Source of the DNA: Rhina ancylostomus
Lineage: Eukaryota
DNA length: 64,000 nt
Assembly: GCA_030265395.1 (NCBI GenBank)
Contig: JARFYF010000119.1
Location: forward strand, 37,574,276-37,638,275
Direction of reading: 5' to 3'
Position 1 is the first letter of the stretch, and each line of letters opens with the position of its first letter. The position numbers and the translations under genes are program-made. The notes beneath the pieces were generated by a model. The model did not search any database. It was not told the origin of the DNA and saw nothing but the letters and a program-made list of their open reading frames with translations. Below are positions 53,471 to 64,000 of the stretch, piece after piece.

Positions 53471-54397
53471 GTTCCCACAGACTGGAAGGGAATGAATGTA
53501 ACCCCACTAATTAAGAAAGGAGAATTGACCATTTACCTTGACACCAGTAATACAGAAAGTGCTGGAATATATTATTAAGAAATGGTAATGGGGTACCATG
53601 GAATATAGAAATAGGACTGAGCAGGGGCAACATGGATTTATGATGGGAAAACCATGTTAAGCAAATCTGTTGGATTATTTGTGGTTGTAACAAGCAAAAA
53701 AGATAAAGGGGAATGAACTAATGTTGTATATTTGAAGTTTCAGAAGGCCTTTGATATAATGTCATTCAAGAGGTTATTAAACAAAGTTAGGCTGTCTGTT
53801 ATTGGGTATAATAAATTGGTATGGATTGAGGATTGATTAATGGATAGAAAATACAGTGTAGGTTACATTGGTGTTGGGAGACAGCAACTAGTAGGATGCT
53901 AGAAGTCTTTTCAGGTGCCCCAGCTGTTCACAATCCATATCAATGATTTGAATCAGGAAACTATACGTAATATATCCAAGGTTTCTGACAACACAAAACA
54001 GGTATGAATTGTTAAGAGAATGCAGAAAGGCTTCAATGGGACATGGACAGACTTAGTGAATGGGTTAGGACAGGGCATGCAATGTTGAAAAATGTGAAGT
54101 TGTCCACTTTGGTAAAATAAATAGAAAAACAGAGTAATTTTCAAACAGTGAGAAGTTGAGAAGTGTTGGTGCGCAGAGGGAGCTGGGTGAAATTAATCAC
54201 TGAAAGTTTACATGCAGTACAGTAAGTAACTAGTGTATGTTGGCCTTTGTTGAAAAAAAAATTGATTACAAGAGTAGAGGTGTGTTACTCCAAATATTTA
54301 GAGCCCTGGTGAGACTGCATCTGAAATGTTGTGTACAGTTCTGGTCTCCTAACTTTAGCAAGGAGAAAGGGAATTCAGGTTGAATCGGAGAATAGCA

Positions 54398-54593
54398 GGT
54401 TTGGTATTGGTATTGGTTTATTATTGTCACTTGTACCGAGGTACAGTGAAAAGCTTGTCTTGCAAATCAATTGTACAGGTCAATTCATTACACAGTGTAG
54501 TTACACTGAGTTAGTACAGAGTGCATTGATGTAGTACAGGTAAAAAACAATAACAGTACAGAGTAAAGTGTCACAGCTACAGAGAAAGTGCAG
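54398..54593 (-). mobile_element. Rex/Babar-like LINE tail
   Basis: ggtattggtattggtttattattgtcacttgtaccgaggtacagtgaaaagcttgtcttgc; runs into a gap. Confidence 0.65.
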
Positions 54594-54894
54594 NNNNNNN
54601 NNNNNNNNNNNNNNNNNNNNNNNNNNNNNNNNNNNNNNNNNNNNNNNNNNNNNNNNNNNNNNNNNNNNNNNNNNNNNNNNNNNNNNNNNNNNNTAGAGGG
54701 ATATGCAGGAGGAAAGGGTTAGATAGTGTGAGGTGTGGTTTGATGGGCAGCACAACATGGTGGGCCAAAGATCCTGTATTGTGCTGTATTGTTCTATGGT
54801 TCTATTTATTATATTGTTTATTGTAGTTATTGTATTGTATAAACCTAAGGTTTATTGTATGTGGAGCAATTAAGCAGACTAGGTTTATATTCTG

Positions 54895-55295
54895 GAGACA
54901 TAAGAGACTGCAGATGGTGGAATCTGGAAAAGAAACAAATTGCTGGAGGAACTCAGTGAGTCAGGCAGCTTCTGTGTAGGGAAATGGATAGTCGACATTT
55001 CAGATTAAGACTATTCATTTGAACCAGACTGTACTCTCCTGAGTTTTAAAAAATGTCACATGACCTCATTGACATTAAAGAGTGCACACTTCCAATTGCT
55101 TCTACTGTGATACATTAATGTCAAAAAGATCAAGTATAAGTAGATCAAAGGACCCTTTCCTCTCCACTTACAAGGTGATTTAAATACAGTGGGGTGGAAT
55201 GAAGGTCTAGATGAAGGGTTTTGGCCCAAAACATCGACTGTCCATTTCCCTCCATAATGCTGCCTGACCCATTGAGTTCCTCCAGCATCTTGTGT
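54895..55295. mobile_element. Inverted pair of Penelope-derived termini
   Basis: The left arm tgctggaggaactcagtgagtcaggcagc...ggatagtcgac (from 54941) is complementary to the right arm atcgactgtccatttccct...tgagttcctccagca (to 55287). Confidence 0.7.
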
Positions 55296-56009
55296 ACCGC
55301 TGGGCTGGAATACTTGCAGGACTTCCACCAGTATCTGCCTGTACTTTTGGTGGGTGAACTTGCAGCAAAACTGGATTCATGCCAAATATGGGACGAGGCC
55401 TCAAGGAATTTCAATCCTAACTTACTTAAAGAGACATTCTTATTGCAAGTCAATGGAAGAATTTAAGCCTCCACCATGAACACTCTGACTAGCTTATTCT
55501 ACACATGTCTAAGCAGCTCTTCTTAAGCGGCTGCAAGAAACTACACAGCAGCTTTTTTTAAATCTATTTAATTTAAAACCAGGGAATTAAAGTGTTACAG
55601 AGACATTTTCAGCTGTGGCACCAATGATGGATCAGATTTCGTGGGCATCACCCCAAGAATTTACTTTTAGCACAAAGCCTCTTGACATACTGTACTATCT
55701 TAAACTGAATGCACAATGGAAATTCCCAAGGAAGCAAGCAATCATTTGCATGATGTAGTACTACTGTTTGTAAATGAGCTGCACGTCAAGAGATTAGAAT
55801 CCTTTCCTGTTGGTGAAAGTGATGATATTGATTGAGAGAGCCTTTATTACCACATTAGTGCAACCCATGCAGCCCTGGGTCTTCCGGACTCTATCAGTGG
55901 GTTAAACTGTTGCTATCTGGACTTGGGGAAGTGAATGAAATTGCTTACTACAGCAAACAATACATCTTGAGTTGTCAAATCCAATAGGGAACAGCCTTTA
56001 TTAATGATA

Positions 56010-56300
56010 TCCTCAGCTTTGGCCTAATAAGACATGCAGGTATAACCTTAAGATCAGATGAAACTTTAATAGCCACTGGCACACTAACATCTGAGGTGGA
56101 GAAGGACTGTACGTTGGGTTATAACAGGTGACAGTTTCCTTACTGAAGCACAGTCTCTGGAGATCCTCCCTCCAGATACTGAAATTCTGAGTACTGCACC
56201 CCATGTGTTCTGGAGTGAGGGAACCAGCGGGCCTGATACATCTTGACCAGTTTGGCATTTCACCATTGTGGTGCCTAAGGGGAATCAGGGAGTAAGCATG
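56010..56300 (-). mobile_element. PIF/Harbinger transposase N-terminal remnant
   Basis: The minus strand gives LQRLCFSKETVT and, after a frameshift, LL*PNVQ...VPVAIKV, matching the RRLRF.KE.VT...ALPVAVKV region of HARBI1-like transposases. Confidence 0.6.
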
Positions 56301-56759
56301 GACCTGTATTCCTCCCATGGGATGGCAGTATTTGCTGGCCTTTCTGCTAATACCATTGCTGTTGTATGTTAGCTACTCAGCCCTGAATGCCACTGCTCGT
56401 GATTAGACCACTGAGTCTGAACTCAGGCCTCGAGTCCACAGTTGCCCACAGACATCCTGCAACACCATCCGCAGCTTCCTCCACAGCACATCAACAGCCT
56501 TTTGTCATGCATGCTACTGCCACAAGGGGAGCACATGTGGAACCCAAACTCAAGAAGTTGTCGCAAAGAGCAAGCTCACAGAGAACCCAAATGCAGCACA
56601 CTGGTACAAGACTGGAGTCAGGATACTTCNNNNNNNNNNNNNNNNNNNNNNNNNNNNNNNNNNNNNNNNNNNNNNNNNNNNNNNNNNNNNNNNNNNNNNN
56701 NNNNNNNNNNNNNNNNNNNNNNNNNNNNNCTGGACAACAAGGAGCTAAATCAAGGGCCA

Positions 56760-57780
56760 GTACTCAGAACCCTGACAGAAGTAGGAACTAATGCTTCATA
56801 GGATAGCAAACACGGTAAGGAATGTATGATAGGATACTACAAAGTGTAGAAGAACAGAGGAATCTCGGAATGCATGTCCACAGATCCCAGAAAGTGGGAG
56901 AAAAATGGATAAGGTGATCAGAAAACTCATGGGATACTTGCCTTTCTTGGCGGAGGAAAATAAGAATATAAGAGCACAGAAAGCATGCCTGATAGATTGA
57001 TAGATAGATAGCTTTAAATTGAGACACACAGGGAAATGCATCTTTTGCGTAGTGTTCTGGGGGCAGCCTGCAAGTGTCACCACACTTCCAGCGCCAACAT
57101 AGCATGCTCACAACTTCCTAACCGGTACATCTTTTGGAATGTGGGAGGAAACTAGAGCACCCATAGGAAACCCACGCAGACACGGGGAGAACGTACAAGC
57201 TCCTTACAGACAGTGGCTGGAATTGAACCCAGGTTGCCGGCACTGTAAAGTGTTACGCTAACCACTACACTACCGTGCCTACCCATTTACAACAACAGTT
57301 AAGCACGACATGGTACCGTCTTCAGTTGGCTCACCACAGTTTAGAGGATGAGATAGCACTAGAGAGGGCATGAAGGGCATTTACAAGAATGCTGACAAAT
57401 GACAAAGAATTATAGCAGTGAGGAGGAATGGGTTAGACTTGGGTAGACTTCTTTGAAACAAATGACATTGAGCAGAGATTTAATGGCGGTTTATAAAATT
57501 TTACATGAACTGGAAGGACCTATTTCCCTTGGCAGTGAGGTCAGTAACTAGATTTAGAACCAAGTTAATTGTTAAAAGGATTAGAGGGGAATTGAAAATA
57601 TTTTCATCCAATTAGTAGTGGGGGTCTGGAACACTGCCTCAAAGAGTGGTGGAAGCAAAAACTGTCATCACATTCTGAAAGTACCCGGATGACTGTCTAC
57701 AGACCAAGAGCAACCTCTGGAGCCCTATGTTTGGACAGCATGGGCACAATGGGTCAACTGGCCTCCTCCTATGATTCTAT
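56760..57780 (+). mobile_element. CR1 LINE 3' fragment split by a SINE
   Basis: gaacagaggaatctcggaatgcatgtccacagatccc...gtggggtctggaacactgcct...gggcacaatgggtcaactggcctcct. Confidence 0.7.
56991..57279 (-). mobile_element. tRNA-derived SINE, same family as 47504-47798
   Basis: The reverse complement starts ggcacggtagtgtagtggttagcg, has the B box ggttcaattcc and the V core, and ends in a (tatc)n tail. Confidence 0.88.
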
Positions 57781-58457
57781 TGAACCACATTGGGAGCTTG
57801 AGTTTTGATCCACTGTACAGTCTTGGGTTCCACTCCCCGTTTACAAACCAACTTAACACCAGTCCATAAACATACTACTTTATTGCATTCAACTTCTTTT
57901 AGCCTTGCATCTGAAAAGTAAAGGAGCGCTAAAATTCTGTCTTTGTACCTGCTCATGCTGTGTTTGTCCAACCTTGCGGAGAGTCATGCTGCCAGAACAA
58001 TTACTGTGAAGAGGCTCAATGCAGCCTCATTTTGAAAGCATAGACAATGATCTGACAAAGCACTTTATGTTGTTCCCTTAAATTGATTTTATTTCCTTCA
58101 ATCATACCCTCAAAATGATAAATAACATTTTCAAACAAAAATTGTACTTAAATATATTAGTATTTACCAATGTGTATTTAAAAACACAAAAATCTAAACA
58201 ATAAACTACCATTTAGAAGTGGCATTCTACACTATTTGCACCTTGGATTTCCAGTATCCAGTACTAGCTGCTGATCTAATTGATTTGAAACTATGTATCA
58301 GAATCATGATTGCCTCAGTTTTTAGATAAATACTATTGCTCCCAGCTATAATCATCAGAAGCTGAATAATGGACATAACATTTAGAAAACTCACACAAGT
58401 AGATTCTCTAAGTCAATTGCTCTGAATGGATGAAGCCCACAAAGAGTAAAGCTCTTC

Positions 58458-59111
58458 ACAATGAATGAATAAGTGATGTGATTAAGAACAACTGAAGAGT
58501 CTAATCTATAAGCAGTAAAGATAGGATTGGGCGAGGGGAATATGGGAAACAGTGCAAGAAACCTGCTCACCCACTGTAATCCTTCAGAATCCTTTGGAAA
58601 GTAAATTTCATCCTAGTTTCTGCCAACATGAACCTTATGATAAAGGCTATTTATATCACTGAGCTTATTCATTCAAACTATACTTAATTAACAAGATGGG
58701 TCTTTTTTAAACTGAATTGTGGGATTTCTACCAAACCTAGGATCTGCTTAGGTATGACCATACAAACATGCTGAATTCAAGAATTCCACAATCTCCATAG
58801 GCATTGATGGAAGTAGTTATTAAAATTGTATAAACATCCTTTTGTTTTTGATCATAATAGTTAGACTTCTCTTTAATATTTATTATGTAGTTTCCTCTCC
58901 TTCAAATATATCTTATTTAGTATGTTCCCTCAACAGTATACATTTTCTAGTTTAGAATATTCATGAGAATAAATCTCATCACAATGAATAAATATGTGAT
59001 TAAGAACAACTGAAGAATCTAATCTATAAACAGTAAAGATAGGATTGGACAAGGGGAATATGGAAACTGTGAAATAAACATGCTCATCCACTACTTCAGA
59101 ATCCTTTGGAA
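58458..59111 (+). repeat. Diverged direct duplication of about 135 bp (58458-58599 and 58981-59111)
   Basis: Both copies share atgtgattaagaacaactgaaga.tctaatctataa.cagtaaagataggattgg...cttcagaatcctttggaa. Confidence 0.88.
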
Positions 59112-61219
59112 CATATACCCCATCATAGTCATGGGAATATTCACAAAAGAATATCAGATAATTCTTGTCTTGGAGATGTAGAAGTTTCACTGATGTTTAG
59201 GAACTACTCAATACACTAAAATTAAGAAACTGCTTTCTGAACATGGTAGGAACCCAATCACCAGAGTGGCACAGTTACCATTATTAAAGTGGACATGAAA
59301 ATGTATTTTGAAAATGAGAAGTTTTAATACAAAATACAAGATAGATGCAGGAAAATTGTGACCTGGATTATACTTTCAGAGAATTAGCTGTGGTTATAAA
59401 CTGTAAATTCGGGGAATAAAGTCAGAAATGCCATAATTGCACAAGGGTCGGAAAGTGCATCTCATGAGGGCAAAAGCAGATAAATGTTTCTGACCCAAGG
59501 TTTCTCACCCAAAATATTGTTTCTCTTTTCAGATGCTTATGCAGCTGATTGCCAGCATCTTCTACTGTCCAGGTTCACAATAGAAACAAATTTGTTTGGA
59601 CAGAGTCCTTGGTTACATCTATAGAGTCAGTCGTTGCAATCCATTTCATTGTATGACAAGCTTGTTTTGCCCTTCTGCTCCAAGTTGATTGGAAGGGTAG
59701 ATGCACTAAGAATACATTGTTATTAACTTCAAAATGCAACAGGGGAATCTGATTTCTAAAAGATATTAAGAAGGTAGCTGAAACTGGAATTACTGGGGTG
59801 TCCTTGGGGGAAGACTAACCTTCACAGGCAACAACTTGGTCCTGTGTAATAATGACAAAGATAAAATTGCAGCTCTTGTTTATTGTAACATACATAGTGC
59901 AGAAAAAATAGATGCTGATGGAAGTAGTTATTAAAATTGTATAAATATAGATGCTGATCAAGAGTATCCATTCAACTTTTGCCAGTTGCATGACATCTTA
60001 GTCAAACTGAATGAAGGACAATATTTTTAGTGAAGAATTGCAACAGTGGGATTCCCATGTTTTCTCTAATAGACAAAGTTCCTCCTCACAACATTGCTAT
60101 TTCAACTAATTGTATCATGGGTGGGAATTCAGGTGGGAGACGAACAAAGAAATCAAGCTAAGTCCTTATTTACTTTTCTCTGCACAAATGGGTCATCCTT
60201 GAACCCTCATTGTTAATTGCTGCAGTGCTCACAACAAAGTCAGTCAAATGAGGAAAATGTTACTGTTCAACTTCAAAATAGGACACAGAATCAGACAGAG
60301 TACAAAAGTTCATTTGGTCAACAGACCTTTTTGGTTATGCTAACCAATTAGTTTCACTCTCCTACTCTTTATCCATTGCTCTACAAGTTTCTTTCCTTTT
60401 TAAGTAATTCATTTTGAATTAGTTTCCACCCTCTTTCAAGCAGTTCATGACAACTTCCTACAAAATAATCTGGTTCTTTTCCCAATTATGTCCTCTAGAT
60501 ATCCACTCTCCTGAACATATTTTCCTAAGTGATGTGTTAAAGGACCCGTAAGTTAACTAATGAAAGCACAACTTCAATGATAAAAGATTGAACCAGATGA
60601 GAAATGTTTTACTATTGGGGTACGGAGACACACTTACTGGTAATCTGGCCTATTGGCAGTGAGAAACTAATAGAAACAATTAATTAATGTTCCAAAATGT
60701 AATGGCTTCCAAGTTTGGAGTCTGTTTGGACTGTCTGAATATGAATTAACATTCAAATCTTACTTCTATGTTTTCTGTGCAGAACAATCTGACATTGATA
60801 TGTTAGTTACTGAATTAAGTTTTCCACCAAAAGTTGAGACTTGGGATAATAGATGATTAATGAAAGCATTTACAGAGATGAAAGATCTCCATATTGAATG
60901 AGTTGGAATAAGGATTAGCAGCACAATTCTACAATAGTGGCAAAGTACAAAAGAAAACAAAGAATTATTTTTTGAAAGGCTAACTACAAAGCAGCTATAT
61001 AAGGTAAATTGTCTTGGGTTTAGTAAGTTACTTTTCTTCTGAAAATCCTTACAATGAATTTTCGATGTGACATTTCTAAGTTACAGTCTACAGTGACTGT
61101 GCCATAGGTAAGCAGGTTTGTGGATAGTTTGGGAGGTGGTGAGCTCCTTTTGTTGTTTATGCTAGGCTTTTGTGTGCACTTGACAAATTAACTTGAGTTT
61201 TTCAGTGTCATCGCAAATG

Positions 61220-61620
61220 CTCCTACCTTTGAGCGGTCATAGGCCAGGGATTCCTACAAGTCAGTGGACATGTTAAATGTTCTCAGAGACGTTTTATGAA
61301 TATCCTTGAATCATTTCCTCTGTCCATTAGATACAGTTCTTGCCATGAAAGAGCTTGGAGTAATGCATCTATTTCAGGAGCCTGAGTGTCAGGCATGTGA
61401 ATCATGTGGCCTGCCCACTGGAGTCAACTGAGCCTAATTACGGCCTCGGTGTTGGGGATTCAAACTGGGAAAGAGTGCTGACTTAGTCTTGCATATCCTT
61501 TCAGTGGATGTGGAGGATTTTGTGAAGTCCCTGCTTTGAGGTGTTAGCTGTAGGTGGTCCATTTCTCAAATACATACAAGGAGTCTACAATAGCATCATG
61601 AAGCTGGATCTACATGTGTT
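61220..61620 (-). mobile_element. RTE-clade LINE fragment
   Basis: ggccagggattcctacaagtcagtgg...tgtcaggcatgtgaatcatgtggcctgcccactggag (reversed LQWAGHMIHMPDT), homologous to 44680-44930. Confidence 0.72.
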
Positions 61621-61960
61621 AGTATACATGAAGCAGTGCATAGTCTCTAGACATTTTGGACCCCCTTGGCTCTGTCAAGCTCATGGTAACTTAAGTGAGA
61701 TGGCTGTTCCACATCAAAAGATGTCACATTTCCACTCCTCAGTATGAGGTTCAAGATCTGCGAAGTTAGGATCCTTGTGGAGAGTCCCGACTGCAACATA
61801 ACTGGACATCACTTTGTTACCAAAACTTGGGAGCTCAGATACTTTGATACTGAGTGAGTAGACTTCTTAGTGGGATTGAGGATGACATGCTTCCACTGGG
61901 ATAGCTTAGTATACCAATGCCAAGGAAGTCCAAGACAATTGGAGGCCAGGCTAAGTGTAT

Positions 61961-61961
<1 letters not shown>

Positions 61962-62002
<41 letters not shown>
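61962..62002. repeat. (CA)n microsatellite
   Basis: Direct read. Confidence 0.97.
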
Positions 62003-62006
<4 letters not shown>

Positions 62007-63299
62007 TTATTCTGACCACACAGTTACCACGAACATAGACACATAATTTTGCACAAACTCCTTTCCTCAGCTCCTCTTATTTACCCTAATCCCCTCGCTC
62101 CGTCTCCTTATTTCTGACCTCTTTCTTCTAGATGCCTTCCCTCAGTCTCTGTGCACACTTGGCCCCATCACTCACTGCTCCCTTCTCCTGACTCACCTCC
62201 TTCCCGGTTAGCCCATTCCCTCTTTCCTCCATGATTCCCAAAGCTGGAGACTGGGGAGCAGTAAGGGATTACTACTGACACAAGCACTGAGGATAACTCT
62301 TCCTTTCTTCAAAGTAACGCAAAAGAATCTTTGTCATCTACCAGAATGTCCCACCAGGAAGACAGAAGTGGAGTGTTTTCTATCCAACCAGCTAGGGAGG
62401 GTACCTGTACACACAAATGTATGATTCATAATACTACCAACTGATCCACCACTGATATTGTTAATTAACTAACAACAGGTCCCCAGTTTTACAGTGAAAA
62501 CTGTTTATTATGGAGAACATGAATTCAATACAAATGTTTTATATCTAAACCATGGATGAAGATTGTATTCACTAGAGATTTGCTATCAGGCCAAATTTCA
62601 GAACCGAAAACTTACAAAAATGTAGAAACTAACCTGAAACACCTTCATCACTTGAAAACAATGCACCTTTTGAGTATAAGGTTCATTGGGTGCAGGACCT
62701 GAGTTAAGACAAATAGCAACATCTTGTTTGGGCATCAAATATCAAGGAAACACTGATTTGGGAGAGCAATCCTCTTGGCAGGGACAGAAGTGGTTGTTTG
62801 GACAATTGTTAGTACCAATTTGAGAAGCTGTATATATACATGTAGATGTCAATAAGTTTGGTGTAAATTATTTATTATTTACATTATTTTTTAAATTAAT
62901 GTCATTGTACATATAAATTCAAACCAGTATGAAAAAATTATTTGGTTAGATCGTTCTCAACATTGCTAATAGCAGTAACAGTTTCCCAATTATTTAAAGG
63001 GATAACAGACTTAGTTCAATCGAGCTTAGTTTTTTCCTTTGTCTTACAGACAGTTCTCAAATGGGAAGGATTATGAATAATTAGTCTGTCGAAGGAAAAA
63101 AATCATGCAGGGGTAATTAAGGCAATAGTCAATTTCCACACACCCATTTCTCATTTCCAAAACCATTAATAGCAGATAAAAATCAAATGGCAAACCAACT
63201 ATTCCATTAGTGTCCAAAACACACCTAATGCAAATTTTAAGTTAGCGTGTAAATTAGTGAAATTATGTTTCCCATATTTCAAGACTACTTTCATTCACC

Positions 63300-64000
63300 A
63301 ATTAATAATTTATGGGCTTTGATTCCAGCAGTGGTGATCTGCTGTATCCTGATCTTCCTCCTCCTGTTAATTTTCTTCCTCCTTTTCCTTCTCGACGTTC
63401 TTCGAGAAGTGTGCCCACTCTGTGCCTTTGTCTTCCTGCCAGTCCAAATCTTCAAGCTGGGTAATTCAGTGCAGTGCTCAGCACAATATGATCATTCTGT
63501 AGACTGTGGCTGGTGTGCCGCCTCCAGATCTGTCCAGGTGCCTGAAGCCTATTTCCAGCATGCCAATGACTTGTTCAATGACACATTTGTTGGTAACAAG
63601 GGACTCACTGTATCACTCCTTGACTTCATTCCTCAAGCTTATGAGAAATATTATTCATAGTTTTAAGGCATTATCTTGCCTCTCAGTGGCCCTTGCCTCT
63701 CAGTGATCAGCCAGTACCTCTGCTTCCAGTGGTCAAGTGAGACACAGCAGGTCTCACATACTACAGTGTGACAGTTGCCTGGGAGTCTTGCACACAGTTG
63801 CAGAAAGTGTGTTCCATTGTACACCTGACAAATATTGAAGGGATGAAAGCCTTTACAGTTGATGATACTCTTGGGCAATATAGGGGAGCTTTGTGTGTGT
63901 AGTTGATCATATCCTATTCCAGTGGAAAGTGAGCCAGAGCTACAAGATGCAGTTGCTTTGCATCTTCATTTTTCCAGAAGGTTGGCTTCCTCCATAATAA
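63300..64000 (-). mobile_element. PIF/Harbinger DDE transposase remnant (pseudogenised)
   Basis: Minus-strand INCKGFHPFNI...LCARLPGNCH and CVIEQVIGMLEIGFRHLDRSGG...IILC*ALH* with an acidic tail match the HARBI1-type motifs NRKGFHS.N, ARFPGS.HD and LK.RFRCLD.SGG...CC.LHN. Confidence 0.8.

Larger units (their letters stand above)
52960..54800 (+). mobile_element. CR1 LINE ORF2 remnant with nested insertions
   Basis: Peptide remnants VPTDWKGMNVTPLIKKGE, QHGFMMGKPC.ANLL, YLKFQKAFD and INDL, ending in a CR1 tail (gggccaaagatcctgtattgtgctgtattgttctatggttcta). Confidence 0.8.

Noticed and set aside
63265-63660. 131-aa hydrophobic + strand ORF resembling a membrane protein
   Set aside because: It is the antisense reading of the acidic, purine-rich tail of the Harbinger transposase remnant.

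Overview
This is AT-rich, CpG-depleted vertebrate genomic DNA with nine N-gaps. The repeat content (CR1 and Rex/Babar-like LINEs, V-domain and Deu-domain SINEs, Penelope remnants, RTE, Harbinger) suggests a cartilaginous fish, probably a batoid. The only host gene I can support is the 3' coding end of a muscleblind-like gene on the + strand, most like MBNL3: exon 2585-2673 and the stop-containing exon 3021-3094. The terminal UTR exon is not located with confidence. The rest is intron, UTR or intergenic sequence with decayed transposons, a ~2.8 kb minisatellite with a 28-bp unit, and a long repeat-poor stretch holding enhancer-like blocks. The most notable observations are: (1) a 167-nt AG-free, YGCY-rich zone in front of the MBNL exon, suggesting distant-branch-point autoregulation; (2) an EF1-alpha last-exon fragment captured inside a LINE; (3) several decayed minimal hammerhead-ribozyme motifs in Penelope-derived termini; (4) a 150-bp, 98%-identical copy of an enhancer-like block inside the minisatellite; (5) local templated duplications. 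There is no CRISPR array or prokaryotic system, and most ORF-track entries are spurious. All family assignments come from my recall of consensus sequences, not from database searches, and repeat boundaries are approximate.
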